This document shows positions 49,580 to 59,501 of a stretch of 64,000 bases of DNA, in pieces. Every line of letters starts with the position of its first letter. The stretch's first letter is position 1. The stretch comes from an uncultured Spirochaetia bacterium (GTDB taxonomy: Bacteria > Spirochaetota > JAHITG01 > CAZBCL01). A program made the position numbers and the translations under genes. Where the stretch lies: positions 7,659 to 71,658 of the forward strand of contig CAZBCL010000001.1 of NCBI GenBank assembly GCA_964490645.1, written 5' to 3'. The notes beneath the pieces are model-generated. The model ran no database searches, was not told where the DNA came from, and saw only the letters and a program-made list of their open reading frames with translations.

Positions 49580-51139
49580 TTATACGTTCCCCTGATCGTC
49601 TTTTTTTATATCCGCAACAGTATGCTGTGCGGTATGGTCATAATCCTTCAAATGCCCGAATAGTGATCGCAGTCCGTATAATGCCTGCTTTATATCATCC
49701 CACGAGCGCAGAGTAAAAAACGATTTAATAATAAAAAGCGGATGCAGCATAATACGCCACATTTTCCGACACCAATAGGTTGTATCAACATCTGTTTTCA
49801 TAACCGCTTCTGCCTGATCAAAGCGGTCATAATTATGCGCATCAATACAAAAATAATCATTACGCAATGCATACCGATACAACGGCGTCCCCGGATAGGG
49901 CAACACAACACTTGATTGCAATGAATCCCCAAATTTTGTTCGATACAGCATCATTTCCTTTGTTGCCAGCCATGTTTTCCGTGCTCCTTCACGAGTTTCC
50001 CACGGATAGCCAACCATCGTCGTCAGCAACACTACCATACCATGACGTTTTGCACGTTTCACCCCGTCAATTATTTCTTCGATCGTTTCATCCTTTTGTA
50101 ATCGCACTAAGGTTTCATTACTGCCGGATTCAACACCGATTTTTAACAATCGTGTCCCAATACGTTCACAGAGCGTACACATTTCCTCATCAAGGTTATC
50201 ACCCCGAGCATTCGTTGAGAAGGCAACCTTACCGTATAAACCGCGGCTTTCAAATTCATCAGCGAACGCCCGCATCCATTCTTTATTCCATACGGGACCG
50301 TCTTCATTATCATCAAACACTTCGACAACACCATACTTCTTATAGAGCATTTCAATTTCATCAACAACATCCTTAACCGGGCGCATACGAGCGGTATTCC
50401 GCCAGAAAGAATGCTGCCAAATACAAAATGTACAGCGCCCTGCCAGTGTCGAACCATATTTTTCTTTTTTTGCTTTGCTGCCGTCAATAGGATTTCGCCC
50501 CCCGCATCCGCGTCCGGTTAAAATATACGCACAGGGATGCTGCAAATATGCTTCACCGTAATTATACCATTGTGTTAAATCGCGATCAATTTGCGGTGAT
50601 GTTGAGAGATCATATAATGCTGCGCAGCCGGTTGTCTGCATAGCGTTGTTTTCAAACCAATACACGCCGCCGGGACGCGCAGAACGTGATCCGGTTTCAA
50701 ATTCCAATAATTCCGATATAATAAAATCATAATCCCCTCCGACAATAACATAGTCAGGGTTTGAACGCTCAAAGTTTTCTTCAGTTTTATACCATAAATG
50801 ATCACCAACTAATATCAGCCGAGCATCAGTTTGTTTCTTTAATTTCGGGATATAATCCCAATGCATGGTAATCAAGGGAGTTTTCGTTTCCATTACAATC
50901 CAATCAGGATTAAATGAACGTAAACGGTTCTCATAATCATCCCACTGAATACGTGCATTGATCGCATCAAGCCAGAGGACCTCATGTCCTTGTTTTTTTA
51001 ACATGGTTGCCAGATATGCCATCACCAATGGAAAAATACGAACTTCCAGTGATTTACTAAACTTTGTCTGCCGATTCTGTGATAATAACGGAAACGCATT
51101 ATCACGCATAAAAGGCGGGTAGATAAGAGCAATTTTCAT
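49580..51139 (-). CDS. B12-binding (class B) radical SAM enzyme with a roughly 20-aa insertion inside the cluster-binding Cys motif
   Basis: N-terminal B12-binding-like region (MKIALIYPPF…VLWLDA). The Cys motif reads GRGC-GGRNPIDGSKAKKEKYGSTLAGR-CTFC (Cx23Cx2C) at 50423-50506, confirmed by translating the DNA. Confidence 0.65.
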   Translation of the reverse strand: MKIALIYPPFMRDNAFPLLSQNRQTKFSKSLEVRIFPLVMAYLATMLKKQGHEVLWLDAINARIQWDDYENRLRSFNPDWIVMETKTPLITMHWDYIPKLKKQTDARLILVGDHLWYKTEENFERSNPDYVIVGGDYDFIISELLEFETGSRSARPGGVYWFENNAMQTTGCAALYDLSTSPQIDRDLTQWYNYGEAYLQHPCAYILTGRGCGGRNPIDGSKAKKEKYGSTLAGRCTFCIWQHSFWRNTARMRPVKDVVDEIEMLYKKYGVVEVFDDNEDGPVWNKEWMRAFADEFESRGLYGKVAFSTNARGDNLDEEMCTLCERIGTRLLKIGVESGSNETLVRLQKDETIEEIIDGVKRAKRHGMVVLLTTMVGYPWETREGARKTWLATKEMMLYRTKFGDSLQSSVVLPYPGTPLYRYALRNDYFCIDAHNYDRFDQAEAVMKTDVDTTYWCRKMWRIMLHPLFIIKSFFTLRSWDDIKQALYGLRSLFGHLKDYDHTAQHTVADIKKDDQGNV

Positions 51140-51147
51140 GGGCTTTC

Positions 51148-53211
51148 CTAAATAAATCGTTCCAGTGCAGTATATCCGACTGCAGCTAATAATACGGCAA
51201 TAAGTGTTAATCCGGTATTCACCACCCCATCACCAAGCATAACTTTCTTTCCCCATCGTGCACCAATGTAGCTTTCAGCAAATACCGCACCATGGACAGC
51301 AAGTAAAACAATTAATGCTGCTATTATATCATTGCCATAAAAATAATTACGTATAACTGCAACAGCAAGAATAATTCCTATTACGATTAAACCGCCAAAC
51401 ATTCCATCAGCAGAAAGCGCCCCTTCCTGTTCACCGGCACATGGCCGTAATCTGTATGCACTGATATAAATATGATCATGACGAATTCCTAATCGGCCGA
51501 TACGCCCCTGTGCAAAATCAAGTAATGCTGCTCCGAATGCTGCAATAAATAAAAACCGTACATATGAAATAGAAACATTAAAAACACTCATCGCGCTTAA
51601 AAACAATGGAATTACCATATAGGCGGAAAACCGATGAAGATTACCGACATGATAATCAGCACCATGTGTTGTCGAACGTAAAAGCGCCAATCCTTTCAGT
51701 TTGAGGACTCCCTTTACAAACGCATTGATAATCATAATAAACAAGTTTACCGTATGAATACCATAGGCAATAAAAATCGCACAATACCACGGTTGATTAA
51801 ACCGTCCATTCTCTTCTTCAAACACACCGCGATCAATTATATTCATCGCGACATACATCAGGGTAAACATCCCCCAACCGCGTCGTCCGATTCCATGAAG
51901 AATAATAATATTAATTATATATAAACCCAGCAGTCGCCGCAATGACACCATATCATATAAAAAATATAACAATAACAATGCCGGAATCCAAAGCACGATA
52001 TGCACCAATTCCGGAGATGGTACATCAAATATCGGACGCATTAATGACGCTGCTAATGCACCAATAAAACCGACCAATGTTAAATGAACAACATCACTGA
52101 CGCCTTTAAACGGTATACTAAATAAAATGATAATCAGAAGTGTACTCATACATGCATACAGACAATGAAATGCTGCCACATCAGGCAGTATTTTTGTATA
52201 TAAGGTTCTGTATTTCATCCGTACCGGCGAGTACGATACATGCGAAGACGTTTTTGTATTCCCCGTATCCGGCATGCTTGCTGAATCAGCAGTCTGTTGA
52301 GAAGTATTAGGTGTTTTGGTTTTTTGTACAGCACGGGGAGTTAATATATGACTATATTTATGAAATAACCATGTACAATAAGCGACATTATAAAATGCAG
52401 GCTGCCCTTTTCCTTCATCAAACGCCTGCGGCGGTGTTCGTCCGGCATAAACACTATACCCCTGCACACCATTTGCGGATAAATACGGTGCATATACTTT
52501 TAACGGCAGTAACAGCATCCCAATAAATAATACACTGAATAGTATAACAGCGAACAATACCTGTTTTCGTTTTATTACAATATTCTGATGAGCAATACGG
52601 GCTGAAAATAATCGTCCCCCCGTATCCGGCAATATCCGAAAAACAAACCATCCGACTGTACTAACCATAAGAGCAGTAAAAAAAACAAGTGCCGGAACAA
52701 ATAATGCAGTACCCGCCATGATTACTGAATAAGATAATGAAAAGTTTGAAAACCACGCATCACTCTCGCGTGAAGTATTAATCCGTCCTGACTGAATCAA
52801 CGACAATATAACAACATTAAGTTGTGCGACTATTATTAATAGCAATATGCTGAAGCGTATTTCTTTGATAACATCAAGTGTTGTTTTCGCTAGAGCAAAT
52901 AAAAATCTATTCTGCAGTGTAGCGGCACTTTTTTCCAACGCTGTATGCCAGTGCGGATTAAACAAATATACGACAATACCTGCACCTGCTATGACTAAAC
53001 TAATATGTATTACTAAATAAATCGTCTCCCTTTTTAAAAAAGTCTTCGTTAGGATTTTACGTCGTGTACGAATTAAAATGACATGCGTTATACCAACAGC
53101 AATGGTTAATATCGCCGTCATAACCGGTGGCCCAACAAGCACATTCAGCAGCGGCAGCATATATAAAAGCCACCATATCTGAAATTTTTTATGTACAGGT
53201 CTATCGAGCAT
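51148..53211 (-). CDS. large polytopic integral membrane protein of unknown function
   Basis: 687 aa, more than 14 predicted TM segments, with a central hydrophilic Ser/Thr-rich loop (…KTPNTSQQTADSASMPDTGNTKTSSHVSY…). 11-nt overlap with the downstream gene. Confidence 0.45.
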   Translation of the reverse strand: MLDRPVHKKFQIWWLLYMLPLLNVLVGPPVMTAILTIAVGITHVILIRTRRKILTKTFLKRETIYLVIHISLVIAGAGIVVYLFNPHWHTALEKSAATLQNRFLFALAKTTLDVIKEIRFSILLLIIVAQLNVVILSLIQSGRINTSRESDAWFSNFSLSYSVIMAGTALFVPALVFFTALMVSTVGWFVFRILPDTGGRLFSARIAHQNIVIKRKQVLFAVILFSVLFIGMLLLPLKVYAPYLSANGVQGYSVYAGRTPPQAFDEGKGQPAFYNVAYCTWLFHKYSHILTPRAVQKTKTPNTSQQTADSASMPDTGNTKTSSHVSYSPVRMKYRTLYTKILPDVAAFHCLYACMSTLLIIILFSIPFKGVSDVVHLTLVGFIGALAASLMRPIFDVPSPELVHIVLWIPALLLLYFLYDMVSLRRLLGLYIINIIILHGIGRRGWGMFTLMYVAMNIIDRGVFEEENGRFNQPWYCAIFIAYGIHTVNLFIMIINAFVKGVLKLKGLALLRSTTHGADYHVGNLHRFSAYMVIPLFLSAMSVFNVSISYVRFLFIAAFGAALLDFAQGRIGRLGIRHDHIYISAYRLRPCAGEQEGALSADGMFGGLIVIGIILAVAVIRNYFYGNDIIAALIVLLAVHGAVFAESYIGARWGKKVMLGDGVVNTGLTLIAVLLAAVGYTALERFI

Positions 53212-54346
53212 TTTTTTCCTTATATAATAAAAGCAGTCCGCCTAACAATGAGACGAACACCAATGCGACATGACTGATAAACATAATTAAAATACCATTT
53301 ACTTCACTGATGCCAAAATGCGTCAGCACTGATTTTCCGATAAATTCACGCACCCCAATCCCATTCACCGATATCGGCGGCGCCGAGGTAAATCCGACAA
53401 TTGGAATAACAAAGAAAAAACTACGCAATTCAATAGATTGAATAAATAACGCCCGTGCAACTAAATAATTCATCAGTATACGAACCCCCTGACTTGCCAG
53501 ACTCATTAATCCTATCTGAGCAAGAAACCGCTTTTTACGAAACAGATACATTGATTGTATAAACTTTATAACAACACTCTTTAATTTCCCTTTTTTCAAT
53601 AATCCTGCAAGTGCCATAAACCACTTCTTACTCGGACCGATTAAATAAACAATCCCCCCGATACACGTCATCGCCGCAATACCAAATATCAATACGCTCC
53701 ATTTCTCAACAACCGGTGTATCCCAATATAATAAGCATGAAACAACTATTAAAATAAGCCCGAGACTGCAAAAATGAAATACGCGGTCAACGATAATACC
53801 GGCAGCAATTGTCTCCCCATGATGTTTTTTACGCCCTAACATAACACCTTTAACTAAATCCCCCCCTATTGAACCGGGAAGAACATTATTAAAAAATAAT
53901 CCAATAAAATAATAGCGTATTCCATCCCACAGCGTAACCTTAATTTTACTAAACCGCAGTAATAAAAACCATTGTACTGATGCAATAAGCATGGAAATAA
54001 AATAAACGAATACGCCGATAAAAAACAGTCCGAAATCAAACCGTTCCAAACGTAGTGCAATTAAATCAATACCGCGTATTCGATATACTGTTTCCGGATC
54101 TCCGGCATCAGTATTCCGCGTTATTACTTCGTATTTAATTGTTTCAGTATCTATTCGTTCCTGCAGTGTCGGCCAGTCATCTTTAATACTGTCAGCATTA
54201 ATTTCTTCTTTATTATCAATAATACCAAACCAGACCACAACAATCATTGCAGCAATACTTACGGTAAATTGTACTACCGTCCAGAACATACGTTTTTTAT
54301 TATTATTCCGCTTTGTCATAAGACATTTCCGTATATGAAATAACAT
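53201..54346 (-). CDS. flippase-like TM-domain protein (UPF0104 / LPG-synthase-TM family)
   Basis: Roughly 8 TM segments. Conserved C-terminal motif of the family (PISVNGIGVREFIG). 381 aa. Confidence 0.5.
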   Translation of the reverse strand: MLFHIRKCLMTKRNNNKKRMFWTVVQFTVSIAAMIVVVWFGIIDNKEEINADSIKDDWPTLQERIDTETIKYEVITRNTDAGDPETVYRIRGIDLIALRLERFDFGLFFIGVFVYFISMLIASVQWFLLLRFSKIKVTLWDGIRYYFIGLFFNNVLPGSIGGDLVKGVMLGRKKHHGETIAAGIIVDRVFHFCSLGLILIVVSCLLYWDTPVVEKWSVLIFGIAAMTCIGGIVYLIGPSKKWFMALAGLLKKGKLKSVVIKFIQSMYLFRKKRFLAQIGLMSLASQGVRILMNYLVARALFIQSIELRSFFFVIPIVGFTSAPPISVNGIGVREFIGKSVLTHFGISEVNGILIMFISHVALVFVSLLGGLLLLYKEKNAR

Positions 54347-54424
54347 TGATCGTATACATAGAACGGTATTATATCAAACGAATAAAATGCTGTAAAGAAT
54401 ACGAATTACAAATATAAGCATCTA

Positions 54425-55627
54425 TTATTGAATCGGTTTTTCATATGCACGGAAAGTCATCCATACACCGGTACTAAACGGTTCAACCCCCCGCCGCATC
54501 GGTATATTTGATTCTAATATCCATGACAGCTCACCTTCTTTGATATTGTGTTTTTTCCCTGCTTCATATAATTTTTCAATTAACGGAGCTTCCAACCCGC
54601 GTTTTTGAAATTTCTTTTTAATGCCCATGAGCAGACAACGACTGCGATTGTAGCTTTTCGCAACCTTGAGCCCCCAGAGTAATTTAATAATACCAAACGG
54701 GAGAAGCCGTCCGTTAATTTTTGACTGCACTTCATTCAGATCGGGCAGTGCCATAATAAAGCCGGCAACTTCATTATTCACAAAGACAAACCAAATAAAA
54801 TCCTCTTCAACCAGCATTTTTAAGTCTTTGCCTTCATGATCAAACTCTTCTTTTGTCCATGCAACCGTCCCCCAATTTGTTTCCCATGCATCACAATGAA
54901 TTTCCCAAACATATTCTATTAATTCATCCCATTGCTTCAGATCACCGCGTCGGTATTCTATCCGGCCGGATTTACGTTCAAGCCGCTGTTCAACCAATCG
55001 TGCAACACGCCGAACACGATCCGATATTCCTTTTTCCATATCAAGATGATATGAATATAAATCCTGTGCTTTGGTCATTGCATACTGCGTACATAATTCA
55101 TTATAATACGGCGGGTTATGCGGCATCATAACCATCGGCATTATCTCATATCCCGCCGGATAATCCGCCCCCCCATCGCATTTCATACCAAAGGTATCAT
55201 TGATGGTAAAACTATATGGTCCGAGCATTCGTTTCATCCCTTTTTGTTTTAACCAATCCTGCGCACGATTGAATAATGCCTCCGCAACCGCCTGATCATT
55301 AATACATTCAAACCATCCCCAAAATCCGGTACTATCATTAAATGTTTCAAGATGACCATGGTATATTTGTGCGGTAATACGACCAACGACTTCACCATCG
55401 CGTTCAGCAATAAATGCCTGAAAATCAATGCGTTTTAATTTGACATTTATCTTAGTATTAAACTTATCCATTACATCAATAATCAGTGGCGGACACCATG
55501 CTTTCGCCCATGGTTTTGCACGGTTCTCTTTCGAGCGATAAATTTTCCATGGAAATAATACAAACTTCTTTTTAAACACGCCGGGGGTTGCCATACGATC
55601 AATAGGGATAATGTTAATGTTGCTCAT
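54425..55627 (-). CDS. hypothetical protein, possible dual GNAT-fold acyl/aminoacyl-transferase
   Basis: 400 aa soluble protein. The C-terminal region has a GNAT motif-A-like segment (KKKFQKRGLEAPLIEKLYEAG) and a VAGFIMALPD beta-strand. Assignment is tentative. Confidence 0.3.
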   Translation of the reverse strand: MSNINIIPIDRMATPGVFKKKFVLFPWKIYRSKENRAKPWAKAWCPPLIIDVMDKFNTKINVKLKRIDFQAFIAERDGEVVGRITAQIYHGHLETFNDSTGFWGWFECINDQAVAEALFNRAQDWLKQKGMKRMLGPYSFTINDTFGMKCDGGADYPAGYEIMPMVMMPHNPPYYNELCTQYAMTKAQDLYSYHLDMEKGISDRVRRVARLVEQRLERKSGRIEYRRGDLKQWDELIEYVWEIHCDAWETNWGTVAWTKEEFDHEGKDLKMLVEEDFIWFVFVNNEVAGFIMALPDLNEVQSKINGRLLPFGIIKLLWGLKVAKSYNRSRCLLMGIKKKFQKRGLEAPLIEKLYEAGKKHNIKEGELSWILESNIPMRRGVEPFSTGVWMTFRAYEKPIQ

Positions 55628-55702
55628 ATACGGTCTCCTAAATTATTTTATCATAATATACTAACTGACTTTATCGATACAATAAAGCCACTCATGCTGA
55701 TA

Positions 55703-56890
55703 TTAAATAATACCGAGTTTTTTCCCAAATGTTTTAAATGTATCCAGCAAATAATCAAGCTGCTCATCAGTATGATTCGCCATATAACTGGTCCGAATAA
55801 GACAGCGTCCTTCCGGTACGCCGGGCGGAACAACCGGATTAATAAAAACCCCGGCTTCGGAAAGCGCTTTTGATAATTCAAATGTTTTTTCCAGTGGTCC
55901 GATGACAAGCGGAATAATCGGAGTTTCTGCCGTACCGGTTTCATAACCAAGCATTTTAAATTCATTAAGCATACGATGAGTAATTTCCCATAAGCGTTCA
56001 ATCCGTTCAGGTTCTTTCAGCATAATATCCAACGCAGCATCAACCGCAGCAACACTTGCCGGCGGCATTGAAGCACTAAAAATAAGCGCCCGACTTCTAT
56101 GCTTTAAATATTCAATGATATTCTTTGAGCCGGCAACAAAACCGCCTAATGAAGCAAATGACTTGCTGAATGTCCCCATAATAAGACTAACTTCGGTATC
56201 CAAACCGAAATGATTCGCGGTTCCGCGTCCGTTTTTCCCAAGAACCCCCAATGAATGAGCGTCATCAACATAAACATATGTATTATTAAATTTCTTTGCA
56301 AGTGCAACAATTTCAGGAAGTTTCGCAATATCACCTTCCATTGAGAATACGCCGTCAACAACAATAAGCTTACCGGCTTCTTCGGGAGCGTTTTTCAACT
56401 TCATTTCAAGGTCGGTCATATCATTATGCTTAAAGCGCCACGTTTTACCAAATGCAAGGCGCGTTGCATCAATGATTGAGGCATGGTCAAGAGCATCAAT
56501 GAGTATATAATCTTTCGGACCGATAACCGGAGCAATAGCACCAAGATTTGATTGAAACCCGGTTGAAAATAAAAGCGCATCTTCCTGATGTGTAAACTCA
56601 GCTAAACGCTGCTCAAGCTTTTCATGAATATCAAGTGTCCCGTTTAAAAATCGTGACCCGGCATTCCCGGTGCCATATTTTTCAATCGCTTTAATTGCCG
56701 CTTCTTTTACCCGCGGATCATTGGTTAATCCGAGATAACTGTTTGATCCGAACATAAGGTATTTTTTACCGTCAATATATACTTCAGTATCCTGTTCCGA
56801 TTCAATTGGTCGAAAATACGGATAGATTCCTATTTGACGAAGCTCCTCGGCTTGTGTAAACTCACGACATTTATCCCAAAGATCTGGCAT
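55703..56890 (-). CDS. PLP-dependent alpha-oxoamine synthase, serine-palmitoyltransferase-like
   Basis: Fold-type I AOS family: HASIIDA, DDAHSLGVLG, and PLP-lysine motif GTFSKSFASLGGFVAG (the TFSKS form is typical of Spt-like members rather than Kbl/BioF). Confidence 0.75.
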   Translation of the reverse strand: MPDLWDKCREFTQAEELRQIGIYPYFRPIESEQDTEVYIDGKKYLMFGSNSYLGLTNDPRVKEAAIKAIEKYGTGNAGSRFLNGTLDIHEKLEQRLAEFTHQEDALLFSTGFQSNLGAIAPVIGPKDYILIDALDHASIIDATRLAFGKTWRFKHNDMTDLEMKLKNAPEEAGKLIVVDGVFSMEGDIAKLPEIVALAKKFNNTYVYVDDAHSLGVLGKNGRGTANHFGLDTEVSLIMGTFSKSFASLGGFVAGSKNIIEYLKHRSRALIFSASMPPASVAAVDAALDIMLKEPERIERLWEITHRMLNEFKMLGYETGTAETPIIPLVIGPLEKTFELSKALSEAGVFINPVVPPGVPEGRCLIRTSYMANHTDEQLDYLLDTFKTFGKKLGII

Positions 56891-56955
56891 TGGAAACTCC
56901 TTATTAATGATTCACTTAAAAGAAACTCTTCTTTTTATACAATTGATTCACTCGG

Positions 56956-57963
56956 TTATTGTTCAACAATGGTTTCGTCAATTGCAATACCAAAATGACG
57001 TGCTTGTTTTTCAACATATCCCAGCACTTTAGAACCACAGCGAAGTTGTACAACCGATATTGGTTCACCTTTTGGTGTTGTTAAGCGTATTGTTTCAGCA
57101 TTCTGCAACACGATTGAACACGGCATTTTTGAACGAACCTCAACCGCATCAACAACTAATAGCGGACGCTTCTCAACTTTTGAACGTCCGACATATGCCG
57201 TTATTGATTTTCCGGTATGATCGGTAATTAAAACAGGATCACCGGATTTTAATTCGCCAAGATACCGCGTCGTGCCGCCCGGCGCATGAAAATATGCATG
57301 TACCGCGCCCGCATTTATCCGAAACGGACGTGCAGCGACATACGGGTTGTCAATATTTTCTGCATGAACAAGAAACATCCCCTTACTTGAATTGCCAACC
57401 AGCATCCCCTGACTACCCGTTAAATTTGAACAGGTGTCAACACAAACACGATCGCCAATTCCGATTGTTGTTACTTTTGTAATACGTAATGTTTTCAGGT
57501 TAAATTTCATTGCTGATAATGACGTAATAAATGAAACTGATTTTTTTATTATTGCCGGATCAGTCGTTTCTAACACAATCCCTGCAACACCGGTTTCAAG
57601 AATTTCTGCAGCTAATTTTACGTCTTTATACGTCCGTGCAAATGTGTACAAGGTTTCTCCGGCTGCTGCAATAAGATTCTCTAACGGAATAATACTCCAG
57701 TCGGTTGTACGTACAACAACGATTTTTTTTCGTAAAACCCGTGCAGCTTCCTGTTCATCTTTTTTATTTTTTATTACACGAATATCAACATCCGTAGGAA
57801 TTTTTAAATCGCCGGATGATGGCGCAATAACCGTAATACGACCAAGCTGGCGAACTTTTGACACCAGCTCTTTCGTCGTCATTATTGCATCAATACCGGA
57901 TTCTAACGCTGTGGTAACTGCTTTTTTATTCCATATCGGCAGATTCAGCCAAATTTTCTTCAT
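56956..57963 (-). CDS. 3-dehydroquinate synthase II (archaeal-type AroB')
   Basis: 335 aa. N-terminal [28 protein letters not shown]… resembles the DHQS-II (PF01959) family. Overlaps the upstream DhnA-type aldolase by 4 nt. Confidence 0.55.
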   Translation of the reverse strand: MKKIWLNLPIWNKKAVTTALESGIDAIMTTKELVSKVRQLGRITVIAPSSGDLKIPTDVDIRVIKNKKDEQEAARVLRKKIVVVRTTDWSIIPLENLIAAAGETLYTFARTYKDVKLAAEILETGVAGIVLETTDPAIIKKSVSFITSLSAMKFNLKTLRITKVTTIGIGDRVCVDTCSNLTGSQGMLVGNSSKGMFLVHAENIDNPYVAARPFRINAGAVHAYFHAPGGTTRYLGELKSGDPVLITDHTGKSITAYVGRSKVEKRPLLVVDAVEVRSKMPCSIVLQNAETIRLTTPKGEPISVVQLRCGSKVLGYVEKQARHFGIAIDETIVEQ

Positions 57964-58724
57964 GTATTCTCTCCATGAACAATATCAGCAATCATGCGTA
58001 CTATTTCCTTCACATTATCATGCTGAAAAACATTGCGTCCGATTGAACATCCTGCCCCACCGGCTGCAATAGCACTTTTAATCATTGTCAATAATTCCTC
58101 GTCAGTTTCCATTTTCTCACCGCCGGCAATAACCACCGGAATAGGACAGCCCTCAACTACTTCACGAAATGATTCAGTTGAACCCGTATAATTAACTTTT
58201 ACAATATCCGCACCAAGCTCTGCACCAACACGTGCAGCATGTTTCACAACAGCGGCATCATATTCATTTTTAATTTTTTTGCCGCGTGTATACATCATCG
58301 CAATAAGCGGCATCCCCCACATCATACACGATCGGCTGACTTTCCCCATATCATGAAGCATTTCAGCTTCAGTATCAGCACCAAGATTCACATGTACTGA
58401 TACTGCATCAGCTCCTAAGCAAACCGCTTCTTCAACTGAACACACCATTGTTTTCGCATTCGGGTCACCCGACAATGAAGTACTGGCTGATAAATGAACA
58501 ATAAGACCAATATCACGCCCATGATTACGATGCCCGCTTTTCACCAGCCCTTTATGCATAAGAATTGCATTGACGCCGCTATTTGCAATGGTATCAACAG
58601 TATTTTGAATATCAATTAAACCGTGAATCGGACCAAGCGTAACCCCGTGATCAATGGGGACAATAATCGTCCGGTTATTATTTCGATTTAAAATACGTTC
58701 AATACGTATTTCTTTACCTATCAT
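57960..58724 (-). CDS. DhnA-type class I aldolase, likely 2-amino-3,7-dideoxy-D-threo-hept-6-ulosonate synthase (AroA')
   Basis: 254 aa with DeoC/LacD-family motifs ([13 protein letters not shown]…, [20 protein letters not shown]). Pairing with the DHQS-II gene favours AroA' over a glycolytic FBA. Confidence 0.55.
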   Translation of the reverse strand: MIGKEIRIERILNRNNNRTIIVPIDHGVTLGPIHGLIDIQNTVDTIANSGVNAILMHKGLVKSGHRNHGRDIGLIVHLSASTSLSGDPNAKTMVCSVEEAVCLGADAVSVHVNLGADTEAEMLHDMGKVSRSCMMWGMPLIAMMYTRGKKIKNEYDAAVVKHAARVGAELGADIVKVNYTGSTESFREVVEGCPIPVVIAGGEKMETDEELLTMIKSAIAAGGAGCSIGRNVFQHDNVKEIVRMIADIVHGENT

Positions 58725-58728
58725 TGTA

Positions 58729-59427
58729 TTACTCCTTGGACTTTTCTTGTGATAACATCGTTATCGCTTGTTTTGCTGCTTCATATTCAGGGTTTTTCGA
58801 CAAAACCGCATTCCATTCTTCACGCGCACGATCATACTGATGCATGAGATAATACGTCATACCCCGATTAAATCGATAGTCCGCATTTTCCGGGGCTATG
58901 GTTAATGCATTTGAAAAATATGACTGCGCCTCATCATAGGTTCCAATTTCAATATATGCTGAACCGATATAATTATAAATCTCCGCATTATTCGTTGTGA
59001 ACATCTGTGCTCGTTTGAAAAACAATAATGCGCTTTCCGGTTCCCGTAAGTATATCAAACTGATATACCCCGTATTGCATAATGCACCAAAATGGTTGCT
59101 GTCGATAGTTGTAACTGATTTAAAATTACTCAATGCTTCAAAGAACTTATAGTCCCGCAAATAAACAACGCCGGTTGTATAGAGCAATGTTGTATTGCTT
59201 CTGCCGATAACCTCCTGTGCTTGTTCCAGCACTTCTAACGCGCGGGCGGAGTTTCCATTCGTTGCAAACAGCATTGCCAGTCGTATGCGCGGATTAACCG
59301 CTGTCGGCATTTTTACGATCATCTCCTGCAACGCATTCGTTGCGGTCAGCGGTGATATCTCCTGCTGCGCACATACCATTCCGACACCAAGAGCAAATAT
59401 AATCAATACTATACTGTATATGCGCAT
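58729..59427 (-). CDS. secreted TPR-repeat protein
   Basis: Signal peptide ([20 protein letters not shown]). Several TPR-like repeats (…[46 protein letters not shown]…). Confidence 0.6.
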   Translation of the reverse strand: MRIYSIVLIIFALGVGMVCAQQEISPLTATNALQEMIVKMPTAVNPRIRLAMLFATNGNSARALEVLEQAQEVIGRSNTTLLYTTGVVYLRDYKFFEALSNFKSVTTIDSNHFGALCNTGYISLIYLREPESALLFFKRAQMFTTNNAEIYNYIGSAYIEIGTYDEAQSYFSNALTIAPENADYRFNRGMTYYLMHQYDRAREEWNAVLSKNPEYEAAKQAITMLSQEKSKE

Positions 59428-59501
59428 TATACCGTTGTTACCTCAATCGTAATTTTATTCGCGAGAGTATATCACTATCATGATATGAAAACAAGAGTAT
59501 T

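Noticed and set aside
49867-50376. 169-aa + ORF
   Set aside because: Antisense inside the radical SAM gene 49580..51139.
57434-58072. 212-aa + ORF
   Set aside because: Antisense inside the DHQS-II/aldolase genes.
57960-58724. Alternative call as glycolytic class I fructose-bisphosphate aldolase (DhnA)
   Set aside because: Not fully excluded, but translational coupling to a DHQS-II gene favours the AroA' (ADH synthase) role. Confidence is kept moderate.
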